A stretch of DNA of 64,000 bases from an uncultured Gammaproteobacteria bacterium. Its GTDB lineage: Bacteria; Patescibacteriota; Microgenomatia; Curtissbacterales; GWA2-41-24. This document shows positions 39,550-48,466 of this stretch, one piece after another. The translations under genes were made by a program, and so were the position numbers. The first letter of the stretch is position 1. Every line of letters begins with the position of its first letter. The stretch covers positions 6,682 to 70,681 of the forward strand of contig CAZBKB010000003.1 in the NCBI GenBank assembly GCA_964492425.1, written 5' to 3'. Below the pieces are notes generated by a model. The model searched no databases. It saw only the letters and a program-made list of their open reading frames with translations, and was not told where the DNA came from.

Positions 39550-40260
39550 TTGCCACATACCGTCCGTCGCGCTACTATGGAATTAATGCCCGATATGATC
39601 GCAAACAGACTACAGACTACAGACTACAGCAAAAAAAGGACAGTAGTCGGTAGTCGGTCGACAATCAGCAAACCCGCCTTCACCCTCATCGAACTCCTGG
39701 TGGCTTGCCATCCGAAGCTTCAGCGAAGGAAAGCAATTCCTGGCTTTACTTTGATCGAATTGCTGGTGGTTATCTCAATTATCGCAATTCTTATGGCCGT
39801 TGCCACAGTTTCCTACACCAACGCCCAGCAAAAAGGCCGCGACAATAAACGCAAGGCAGACCTCAAAGCCGTCCAACAAGCACTGGAGATTTACTTCAAC
39901 CAAAATGGAAAGTACCCAATTGACGGAGGAGCCGGCGGTGAAATCACCTGCAATGTTACCGGTGACTCCAATCCCCAACCATGGGGCACAGAATTTGATT
40001 GTGATGAAAACGGCTCCTCAACTGACCCAACAAAAATAACTTATATGAATCCACTGCCCAAAGACCCAGTATTTGTTTCAGGTTCAAGCCAAAACTATTA
40101 TTATGACCAGACCGGCACAAGTACGTACATCCTCAGTGCCAGATTAGAAAACACTAAGGATCAGGATTATAGAGGACACCCTACCACAAATACTTCCTGT
40201 ACACCACAAGGCTGGACAGCAGCCAATCTTGAACGAAACTACTGCGTCATCAACCCGTAA
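39550..40260 (+). CDS. Type IV pilin/GspG-like protein with duplicated N-terminal processing motif (start uncertain)
   Basis: GFTLIELLVVISIIAIL, RD.KRKADL..VQ.ALE.Y, LPKDP, NYC. Confidence 0.93.
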   Translation: MPHTVRRATMELMPDMIANRLQTTDYSKKRTVVGSRSTISKPAFTLIELLVACHPKLQRRKAIPGFTLIELLVVISIIAILMAVATVSYTNAQQKGRDNKRKADLKAVQQALEIYFNQNGKYPIDGGAGGEITCNVTGDSNPQPWGTEFDCDENGSSTDPTKITYMNPLPKDPVFVSGSSQNYYYDQTGTSTYILSARLENTKDQDYRGHPTTNTSCTPQGWTAANLERNYCVINP

Positions 40261-40276
40261 AATTTTTAACTTTAAA

Positions 40277-40311
40277 CCTGTCCGCAATGCTACGCATAGC
40301 GTTGCAGGCGG
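40277..40311. repeat. Palindromic REP-like element downstream of the pilin
   Basis: GCAATGCTA-CGCA-TAGCGTTGC hairpin (40284-40305), flanked by heptamer-like repeats. Confidence 0.6.
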
Positions 40312-40460
40312 ACCGTAAACTGTAAACAAGAAACCAGCGCAGAGCGTTAGTTAATGGTTAATGGTTCGTGGTTAATCAGGGCTTTCTAAAAGCTGGGATA
40401 AAAACGATAAAACACAAACGACCTACAAAATTTGAACCTAATATGTTATGATGACGGCGT

Positions 40461-40727
40461 ATGACAAACAACGATTTAATAACCCAAGACCCAAAAATCT
40501 TAGGCGGTAAACCAATCGTCGCAGGTACAAGGATGTCGGTTGAAAACATTCTTGAGCTGCTTTCTTCTGGTATGGAAATTAGAGAAATACTCAAAGAATA
40601 TCCTTTCCTGGGGAAAAAACAGGTGCAGGCTGCAATCGGCTATGCTGCCAAGCTGATCAACAAAGAAGAGAGTTACGTCTTTCGCAAGCCCTCTACTGTC
40701 GCCCATGAAATTTCTGGCCGACGTTAA
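40461..40727 (+). CDS. DUF433 family antitoxin
   Basis: DPKILGGKPIVAGTRMSV..IL.LL..G....IL.EYP.L. Confidence 0.92.
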   Translation: MTNNDLITQDPKILGGKPIVAGTRMSVENILELLSSGMEIREILKEYPFLGKKQVQAAIGYAAKLINKEESYVFRKPSTVAHEISGRR

Positions 40728-40950
40728 TATTCCCCAATCCGTAATTTTATTTCTTAGCAAGGCCGGTTACGATGTTTTGGACATTAAGAAAAAAAGCCTA
40801 AAATTAACAGATACAGAAATTGTTAGTATCGCCAAAAAAGAGAACAGGACTATACTTACAAGAGACAAAGATTTCATCGCCTTGACCCAATATCCGCAGT
40901 CCAAGCAAGAAACTACTGCCTCATCAATCCGTAAGTTGGTTGACAGTTGA
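40705..40950 (+). pseudogene. DUF5615/PIN-like toxin, probably C-terminally truncated
   Basis: MKFLADVNIP..GYDV..D.EI..A..ENR.ILTRDKDF, then homology is lost where a pilin-tail sequence begins (40909). Confidence 0.7.
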
Positions 40951-40973
40951 TCGATAGTTGATAAATTGAATAT

Positions 40974-41241
40974 TTACTTAGATGCAACAGTTTCTAGCGC
41001 ATCTACTCTTGGTTCCAGATCATCTACTTTCATTTCAACATCCCCCAATGCGCCTACTGTGCTCAACAACAACCGCACCCACAGTTTCCGCAAGCGGTAC
41101 AATCCTGTGCTCTATATCTGCCAGTGCTCTCGAATGTGCAGCCTGAATTTGCTTTACATCCTTAATGTCTTCTTTAATAGGCTTCAGTTTTGTGTCTAAC
41201 AACCTCGAAATTTGATCTAAACTAATATTTCCCGATTTCAT
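40974..41241 (-). pseudogene. Small coiled-coil protein with apparent frameshift at a G5 tract
   Basis: ORF stops after ...RRIGGC; removing one G at 41042-41046 gives ...RRIGDVEMKVDDLEPRVDALETVASK*. Confidence 0.55.
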
Positions 41242-41416
41242 TCTTGTCTTGAATCTTTATTTGGTATTTCCTGATCGCGTAGTCTTCAATTGGCTTGAAA
41301 CAATTATCACAGAACACTCCGGTTCTTAGCCTTTTACCGCTAAGTGAATTTCTGGTAAATGTTCCTACTTGCCTCCCGCAACCGTCGCAAATTGAAATGA
41401 TTGGCATAGAAACCAA
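41222..41416 (-). CDS. Small putative zinc-ribbon protein
   Basis: CDGC...CDNC. Confidence 0.55.
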   Translation of the reverse strand: MVSMPIISICDGCGRQVGTFTRNSLSGKRLRTGVFCDNCFKPIEDYAIRKYQIKIQDKNEIGKY

Positions 41417-41464
41417 TCTACATTAAGCAGCAAAGCCAAACAAGTAGAAAAAATTTACCCAAAT

Positions 41465-41719
41465 CTAACTCACCAGCACCAAAAACCCGGCCAGAAGCGC
41501 GATAAAGCCAATAAACAAATATTCCAAAATCACTCGCCTGGTAGTATCACCCTTCATGTGGTGGTAAACATAACCCCAAACCAAATAAAACAACACTAAC
41601 ATCATAAGAATCAGGTATTGCCTGGTGGCGTCAAAGCGCGAAAGATAAACCGCAATTACACCAACACCTAACCCCAGATATAAAAATGTATGCCAGAATA
41701 TATCGTGTTCTTTAATCAT
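41465..41719 (-). CDS. Small three-TM membrane protein
   Basis: Hydrophobic helices, WG..HH...EY motif; ATGA overlap with the upstream gene. Confidence 0.75.
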   Translation of the reverse strand: MIKEHDIFWHTFLYLGLGVGVIAVYLSRFDATRQYLILMMLVLFYLVWGYVYHHMKGDTTRRVILEYLFIGFIALLAGFLVLVS

Positions 41720-42735
41720 AGTATCGCCCCGCTTACCGCATACCAGATTACCAGTAGCACAAACCCCAGTAACCCAAGATGCGCCAATATTCCGCTTCTA
41801 AGCTTTAGATGCTCGCGGCGCACAACCATCACAACTTCGGCCGCAAATAATACAAATATAAACCCGACTAAACCTAGCGTTATGCCTTTAGAAATAGAAA
41901 ACTGGTTACTTGCAAGGACTGTGGCAGACTGCCCCACGTTATCCCCCACAATAATATCCGCCTGTGCAACAGCAATTGGTGTCGGGCTTGAGGATGGACT
42001 TGGCTCAGGTGATGGTGCAGGGGTTAACGTCGGGGTCGGGCTTGCCTGCGCAAACGAGTTGCGTATTGGTGTCGGGATTGGAGTAACGACAGGAGCCGGT
42101 GAGGGTGATGCCTGCGCCAAATTCTGCGGCACCGGAACCTGGGAAACAGGTGTTGCAAACAACTGCACTACCAGAATCCCCTCGTGTCCGGTTACATTTC
42201 CCGAAGCAACTGCAACCCCAATTTCCTTAAAGCCCCGGTCAAGTAAATTACTTTTGTGCGAAGGCGAATTCATCCACGCATTGACAACAGATTGTGCGTC
42301 ACCAAAATCACGGGCCAAATTTTCCCCTGCGTACACGTATTTATACCCGACAGAGTTCATAAAACTCCACGGGCTTTTCCCGCTCGGGCTAAAGTGCGCC
42401 CAGTAATTTTCCGCAAACATATTAGAAGCTTTAGCTGCAGCCGCCTGTGCCAGAAGCGGATTATAGGAAACCGCTCCTACCCCATTTTCTGTCCGCTTAA
42501 CGTTGGTAAGCTCAATAATCTGATCAGCAGTAAAAGTAACCACACCAAGAATCTGGGGAGCGGTAAATTTGATGACATAAAATCCGCCAATTGTAAAAGC
42601 AAATATCTGCATGTAGGCAAAAAGTGCAACGAGTGACAAACCGTGTGCATGGTGTTGCTGTCCATCCTCGTGAAGATGAGGCAAAACGTGGTGATGGATA
42701 CGCCTGAAATGTCCGGCTATGTGTTTTTTTACCAC
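41716..42735 (-). CDS. CAP/SCP domain membrane protein
   Basis: LTN.KR, YWAHFSP.G, AGENLA, WMNSPSHK.NLL, EIGVAV; Pro/Thr linker, two C-terminal TM helices. Confidence 0.92.
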   Translation of the reverse strand: MVKKHIAGHFRRIHHHVLPHLHEDGQQHHAHGLSLVALFAYMQIFAFTIGGFYVIKFTAPQILGVVTFTADQIIELTNVKRTENGVGAVSYNPLLAQAAAAKASNMFAENYWAHFSPSGKSPWSFMNSVGYKYVYAGENLARDFGDAQSVVNAWMNSPSHKSNLLDRGFKEIGVAVASGNVTGHEGILVVQLFATPVSQVPVPQNLAQASPSPAPVVTPIPTPIRNSFAQASPTPTLTPAPSPEPSPSSSPTPIAVAQADIIVGDNVGQSATVLASNQFSISKGITLGLVGFIFVLFAAEVVMVVRREHLKLRSGILAHLGLLGFVLLVIWYAVSGAIL

Positions 42736-42794
42736 AAACTTATATTACATTGTTAGATAGCTTGATTGCTAGATTGTTAGTCAATCAAGACCCC

Positions 42795-42830
42795 ACTAAA
42801 AAGCCCCAACCATGGGCAGGGGCTATTAGT
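42795..42830 (-). terminator. Probable terminator of the 198-aa repeat protein gene
   Basis: AGCCCC...GGGGCT stem with adjacent A-run (U-run on the minus strand). Confidence 0.5.
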
Positions 42831-42873
42831 CTAAACACGAATATACTAGTCACATCAGTTCACATTAACATGA

Positions 42874-43470
42874 TCAAAGTGTGTTAGAAGGTGCATTTAC
42901 TGTAACACCAACACTAGAACTTGCAGGCCCGGTAGTAATACCTACCGTACCGTTTGTGTTTTTCTTGGCCTTATTTTTACCTGTCTTTGCCTTTACCTTC
43001 GCATTGACACCAACAGTCGTCGCATTTAATTGCGAAACAGGCTGCACAATAGAATTCGTTTCCCCTGCAGTATTAGTTGATCTCGCACCATTGGCATCAA
43101 TCGTTACATCAAGACCGGTCACACATATACAACAATTCGGCAATTGAGCAGTATTTGTCGAACCGCCAACAACAACATTTACCGAACTGGTTGCTGCACC
43201 GGTACCAATGGTTACATCGCCTCCGGTGTTGCTGCTTGCTGTATTACCACCTGTGCTTGCGCTAACATCTGCATTCACACCAACAGTAAGACTGTTTGAC
43301 TGTGAAACTGTAGAAACGCAAGAATTTACAACATTTACGGTATTTTCGGAATTCGCACCATTATTTGTTATAGCAATAGTGGTATCTGCAAATGCAGCAC
43401 CAGCAAGACCTGATGCAATAAGTGCACCAGCTGCTATTGTTCCTCCAACTTTAAACATCAATTTTTTCAT
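42874..43470 (-). CDS. Secreted Asn/Thr/Gly-rich repeat protein (2 repeats, CCIC linker)
   Basis: Signal peptide; NGANSEN...TGGN.A..NTGGDV.I.TG.A units; AGGAGGTG SD. Confidence 0.8.
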   Translation of the reverse strand: MKKLMFKVGGTIAAGALIASGLAGAAFADTTIAITNNGANSENTVNVVNSCVSTVSQSNSLTVGVNADVSASTGGNTASSNTGGDVTIGTGAATSSVNVVVGGSTNTAQLPNCCICVTGLDVTIDANGARSTNTAGETNSIVQPVSQLNATTVGVNAKVKAKTGKNKAKKNTNGTVGITTGPASSSVGVTVNAPSNTL

Positions 43471-43647
43471 TTATTGTTCACCTCCTTTCGTTATCCATCA
43501 ATAATCGCCCCCCACACGTACGTTTACCCTGAGTAAATCGAGGGGTAGTTTCGAAAAAACCTGAAACATGATCGAAATGAGCACAACAGGATGGGCAGAA
43601 CATAATAATTTACTTCCTTTTGGGATAAAAGCGAGTCCTAATTCGCA

Positions 43648-43683
43648 TCGGTAAATGTATAATTTACCGACAGTTTATGTCAA
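43648..43683 (-). promoter_or_regulatory. Promoter with overlapping palindromic operator
   Basis: TTGACA (43683-43678) to TACATT; perfect inverted repeat TCGGTAAAT-N5-ATTTACCGA (43648-43670) covers the -10 box. Confidence 0.55.
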
Positions 43684-43776
43684 CTGGAACAAAAAGGGCA
43701 AAATGGGGTCAAAAAAATACAAAGTATAGCCGCCCATTCTTACAATATCCTGTCCTAATAATCAATTCGTGAAAGT

Positions 43777-44703
43777 TTAAGAAATATCTCTGTGTTTCTG
43801 AAGTCTCTCCTCAAAAACATTTGATGCAAACTCGCCGGGGCTAACCTCTGGTAGTTGTTTTCTTCCCTTCCTGAACCTTGCAAGATACACTCCAAGTGGC
43901 GCTGCAGAAAACATCGATGCATACCCCAGCACTCCAACTCCTGTATCTGGCTGTTTAGCTGGAGCTTTCCCCGAAAGCACTTTTTCCCCGCCTGCCTTCT
44001 CACCGCTTACTGTAACGTTGACCGTCTGGTTATTGTTTTGTTCCTGGTGCTGTTCTTGACTGTTATCATTGTTATTGGTGTTTGTACTCGTGTTTCCCCC
44101 AACAGTCGGTGTTGGAGTAGGAACTGGCGATGGTGTGGGCGTTGCAGGGTTGCAGGAATCAGGATCCTTAACGAATACATAATCTATCATGTCGCTGCCG
44201 GCATAATTTGGTGGTGTTCGCACATCACTTGTCCTTGTCGCATCAACCTGGTACCAGCAAAAATCAGCATTTGGAACATCCACTTGGACTTTGAAATCAG
44301 ATACCCCCTGCGCAACATTAACTGTTTGCGATTTGACAAAAGCCTGGGACTTTAACCAACCTTGGCTTTCCGGCTCCTGTCTTGAACCGAATATTAGTAT
44401 ATAAACATTATCCGAACAATCCGGATTTGCTGCCTTATTATAAAAATAGCCAGTTATGGGGTTACCAGACAAATGGTTTCCAGAATATTCAAACCTTCCG
44501 TGAACATCCGTTGAGACACACGGGCCCACAGATGGACTTGGTGTAAGTGAAGGTGTATTTGTTGGTGTGGGGGTAGGGCTAGGGGTCTGATCACCTTCAA
44601 AATTATGACTTGCCAACACTTGAGTGTTAACATTCAGCGAAACAACTAGGGCAACTAATGCCGAAATTATCGCCGGAGCAATAAATTTTACTGCTTTTTT
44701 CAT
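43777..44703 (-). CDS. Secreted protein with LPXTG-like sorting signal (QPDTG)
   Basis: Signal peptide, Pro/Thr linkers, Cys-containing domain, QPDTG + hydrophobic stretch + RFRKGRK. Confidence 0.75.
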   Translation of the reverse strand: MKKAVKFIAPAIISALVALVVSLNVNTQVLASHNFEGDQTPSPTPTPTNTPSLTPSPSVGPCVSTDVHGRFEYSGNHLSGNPITGYFYNKAANPDCSDNVYILIFGSRQEPESQGWLKSQAFVKSQTVNVAQGVSDFKVQVDVPNADFCWYQVDATRTSDVRTPPNYAGSDMIDYVFVKDPDSCNPATPTPSPVPTPTPTVGGNTSTNTNNNDNSQEQHQEQNNNQTVNVTVSGEKAGGEKVLSGKAPAKQPDTGVGVLGYASMFSAAPLGVYLARFRKGRKQLPEVSPGEFASNVFEERLQKHRDIS

Positions 44704-44849
44704 ATAAAGTTTTGGCAGGGAATACCAGTGAGCAGAAGATTAAAGTTGCTATATTCTAGATAGTTATTTTAAGTTTGTCAAATTCCCCTGATAATATAAT
44801 TTATTAATATCTACTAGAACTTACAATATCAAACATTACTCACCACAAG

Positions 44850-47800
44850 TTATATTTTTTTACTACTATAAACAATCGTAGCCCCTCCACCATTTTCGTA
44901 GTACTCAAGCTTTATTACATGAAGCCCGGCTGTCATACTTTTGGTAACTTTATATGTAGTTGGTGGTTGGTCTATCCACTTGTCTATTACCAATTGCCCA
45001 TCGATAAAGAGCCTTATACCATCGTCTGCAGTAACTGTAAACTCATAAGTCCCTGCCTCAATGGTTTCTGTTTTGCCAAATCGTGCGCTAAAGTGGTCGT
45101 TTGGTATCGCCGGGTCTGGGGATCCATTACCCCAGTTGAAATTTATACTTAATTCTTGCCTAATAATCTTGGCAATTCCCGACAGACTAATATTGTCGAA
45201 ATATTCTGCTACGAAAAAATCGCCGCTTGGCGGTGTATCTATTTTGGCATAAGAAAATTTTGCAACTGCCCCACCGCTGTTTTCGTAATATTCAACTTCA
45301 ATGTCATGCTCTCCGGCTGTTACTGCTTTATCAACCGTATAAGTTGTCGGTGCATGATCGTTCCACTGGTCAAGTATCATAACGTTATCCAGATAAACCC
45401 TAATCCCATCATCCGAAACCATCGTAAATCGGTAATTCGCTGCCTCAAAAGTTTTCCTGGCTTTCCATCTGGCTATGAAGTGATCAGCATTAATGGCTGC
45501 GTCCGGAGAAACACCATCCCAATCAAAATTAATTTCTGCGTCATTCCTCACCAAATTGGCAGCTGTCGTCGGTATAGTTGGAGATGAACCATTACCCGCA
45601 TTCCAATAATACCCTTGGTAATCGCCAGTCGGTGGTGGAGGCGGTGGGAGTGAACCAGTTTTTAAGTAACCAAATTGCAAAACTGCCCCACCGGTTTTTT
45701 CATAATATTCTACCTTGACCTCATGCATACCCGCAGTTATATCTTTAGAAACTGTATAAGTAGTTGCCGCCTGGTCTATCCACTTATCCAGGATTAATAC
45801 ATTATCAATATATACCCGCACACCGTCATCAGCCGTTACTTTAAATTCGTAAGTACCTGCTTCAAAATTGTCATTTTTAACATATCGTGCCGAAAAATTG
45901 TCAGCTCCAATTAAAGGATCCGGCGAGCCATCGTCTCCCCAATCAAAGTTAATAGCTGGTTCATTTTGCTGGACTACCGAAGTACCCGATAACGTTATGT
46001 TATTAAAATATTGAGCCAGAAAGACACCGGCTGCCGGTATCGGCGCAGGCGCTTCGTCTATAATTTCCCAAAAAAGTTTTGCAACCGCCCCCCCGGTATT
46101 TTCAAAATATTCCATTTTAACATCATGTTCTCCGGCTGTTAAAGTAATATCCGCACTATATGTCGTAGGTGGCTGGTTTACCCACTTATTGATTATCAAA
46201 TTACCGTCAACATAAATTCTCACACCGTCATCTGCAGTGGTCGTAAACTTATATTTTCCAGCCACAAAATATTGTTTTTTTGTCCAACGCACCGAAAACT
46301 TATCAGTCCCGATACCGGCAGCCGGAGATTTACTTCCCCAGTTAAAATCAACAACCGTATCTTGTCTGGTCAATTTTGGGACTCCATACAAAGTCATATT
46401 TGTAAAATATTCACCCTTAAAGGGTGGCATTTCCAAATAATTGGCAACATAAGTCGTATCTGCTGCTGGCGTCGAAATTCTACGAGAAATCGCACCACCG
46501 TCCGACCAGTTGGCAAATTGGTAATTTTTACCACCTAAAACTTGAATAAGTGGCGCCTTAATTTCACGCTCGAAACTAACAACGCCGGTTACCGTTTTTG
46601 GTGTACCAATGAGCGTACCGTCTAAAAATAATTGCATGCCTCCAGGGCTTGTCAAAAGGGTAAAGTTGGAAGTTACCGGATATACACTCACAGATTTTGA
46701 AGAAACGAGGTTATCGTAATCACGTGCACTGACTTTAATTTCAAACCAGCTTTCTGCAGAATCCTCACCAGTCATCGGGACGGTAAACGACCCGCTTGTC
46801 CCGACTATTGGACCCAAAAATGGATGTATATGGGTCTGGTGGTGAAGTAAAATTTCAGTCGATACTGCGCTTGATGGCAAGTCAATTCCACGTCCGTCTA
46901 CTGCCGATGCTATCCAAAATATTGTATCGCCCGCTTTGTATTTGGCCCCATCTGAAGGCGCTCCAATAGATATAGTCGGTGGTACGCCAACATTAATTAT
47001 GATAGGTACAGATTGTGCACTGTTCACACCATCAGAAACTGTAAGTTGAACTGTAAAACTCCCCAGGCTAAAAATTTTAGTAGGGTTTGCCAGAATACTT
47101 TGTGTTCCATCTCCAAAATCCCAAAGATACGTTAGAGAGTCACCGTCTGGATCATACGTCCCACTGCTAGAAAAATGTACAGCAAGCGGCGCATCGTCAC
47201 TTGTAGTCACATCTGCAGAAGAATTGGCAATCGGTGTCTGGTTGCTTACAGAATAAGTTATCTTATATAACCGTCCTGGGAAATACGTTATGTAGTACAA
47301 AGAACCGTCTTGCGCCACCTTAAAATCAACAACACTGCCAGCATTCAGATCAAAATCGGCAACACTCACATAATTCCCGCTTGAATCAAGATTTAACCTT
47401 TTAATAAATCCTCCGGCGTAATCTCCAAAGAAGAGATCGCCCTTATACTCGGCAGGAAACATATTCCCTTGGTAAACTGGCCCCAAAGCAACTGCCCGGC
47501 TTGCACCATTATGGTTATAGGCATAAATTGGCTGAATATAAGGGCAACTGGATACACATGGCCCTTCGACAATCGGCCAACCGTAATTTCCACCTTTTTG
47601 AACTAAATCAATTTCTTCCCATGTTGCATCACCTACATCACCAACATAAAGTCGACCGCTATCAGGATCAAAACTAAGCCTCCATGGGTTTCTAAATCCA
47701 TATGCCCATATTGCGCCGTACTTACCCGCCTGTCCATAAAACGGGTTATCGACAGGAACAGTTCCATCACTATTAATCCTTAAAATCTTGCCGTGTGGGT

Positions 47801-48338
47801 TGGATAAGTCCTGTGGATTGCTGGTATCACCGTTATCTCCAACAGCAAAATAAAGTTTTCCGTCCGGACCAAATCCCAAACTTCCACCTACATGAAATTG
47901 CAGTGAAGGCGAATTTGTCCTATAAATTTCAACAGCATTTATTCCAACATCCGCCGAAGCATCAAGCCTTACAATCTTGTTCAATAAGTCATTTTTGGAA
48001 GTATAGTAAAAATACGCATAGTGATTACTGCTAAAATCCGGATCAAAAGCTACCCCAATCAACCCTCTGTCTCCGGAAGCCTCTGCATTTAAATCAACAA
48101 ACGGCGTTTGAAGTAAACTACCATTTTTGTAAATTTTTACTTTTCCTGCCCTCTCAAGTACAAAAATTCTGGAATCCGGTGCAATCGCAAATCCAGTTGG
48201 TCCATCAAGCCCGCTTCCAATAACTTGTGTTGTCTGAAAATTTACAGGTGGAGCTGCATATGTAAACTGCCGGGCTGCAAGAAATATAACGATAAAAAGA
48301 AAAATAAACCCCACACACAAACTCAATATTTTTCTCAT
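44850..48338 (-). CDS. Secreted glucose/sorbosone dehydrogenase-type propeller + PKD + four PA14 domains
   Basis: H.GG.L.FGPDG.LY..GD, GKILRI, YGFRNPWR, GGNYGWP; YLWDFGDG (PKD); 4x F.W...DxFSxR...ADDG.R...W......EYYE..G. Confidence 0.9.
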   Translation of the reverse strand: MRKILSLCVGFIFLFIVIFLAARQFTYAAPPVNFQTTQVIGSGLDGPTGFAIAPDSRIFVLERAGKVKIYKNGSLLQTPFVDLNAEASGDRGLIGVAFDPDFSSNHYAYFYYTSKNDLLNKIVRLDASADVGINAVEIYRTNSPSLQFHVGGSLGFGPDGKLYFAVGDNGDTSNPQDLSNPHGKILRINSDGTVPVDNPFYGQAGKYGAIWAYGFRNPWRLSFDPDSGRLYVGDVGDATWEEIDLVQKGGNYGWPIVEGPCVSSCPYIQPIYAYNHNGASRAVALGPVYQGNMFPAEYKGDLFFGDYAGGFIKRLNLDSSGNYVSVADFDLNAGSVVDFKVAQDGSLYYITYFPGRLYKITYSVSNQTPIANSSADVTTSDDAPLAVHFSSSGTYDPDGDSLTYLWDFGDGTQSILANPTKIFSLGSFTVQLTVSDGVNSAQSVPIIINVGVPPTISIGAPSDGAKYKAGDTIFWIASAVDGRGIDLPSSAVSTEILLHHQTHIHPFLGPIVGTSGSFTVPMTGEDSAESWFEIKVSARDYDNLVSSKSVSVYPVTSNFTLLTSPGGMQLFLDGTLIGTPKTVTGVVSFEREIKAPLIQVLGGKNYQFANWSDGGAISRRISTPAADTTYVANYLEMPPFKGEYFTNMTLYGVPKLTRQDTVVDFNWGSKSPAAGIGTDKFSVRWTKKQYFVAGKYKFTTTADDGVRIYVDGNLIINKWVNQPPTTYSADITLTAGEHDVKMEYFENTGGAVAKLFWEIIDEAPAPIPAAGVFLAQYFNNITLSGTSVVQQNEPAINFDWGDDGSPDPLIGADNFSARYVKNDNFEAGTYEFKVTADDGVRVYIDNVLILDKWIDQAATTYTVSKDITAGMHEVKVEYYEKTGGAVLQFGYLKTGSLPPPPPPTGDYQGYYWNAGNGSSPTIPTTAANLVRNDAEINFDWDGVSPDAAINADHFIARWKARKTFEAANYRFTMVSDDGIRVYLDNVMILDQWNDHAPTTYTVDKAVTAGEHDIEVEYYENSGGAVAKFSYAKIDTPPSGDFFVAEYFDNISLSGIAKIIRQELSINFNWGNGSPDPAIPNDHFSARFGKTETIEAGTYEFTVTADDGIRLFIDGQLVIDKWIDQPPTTYKVTKSMTAGLHVIKLEYYENGGGATIVYSSKKI

Positions 48339-48466
48339 TGAAATTTAAAAGAGGCAGGAACATTAAAACATCGCGATTATAGGTTATAAAACCTAATGTG
48401 TCAAACATTCTTTTAACAGAACCTTAAAGAAACTAAAGGACAATTAGTGTATCAATTATTTACAAA

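Noticed and set aside
36612-41416. tRNA-anchored genomic island
   Set aside because: Accessory-looking genes are present, but I found no integrase and no duplicated tRNA 3' end
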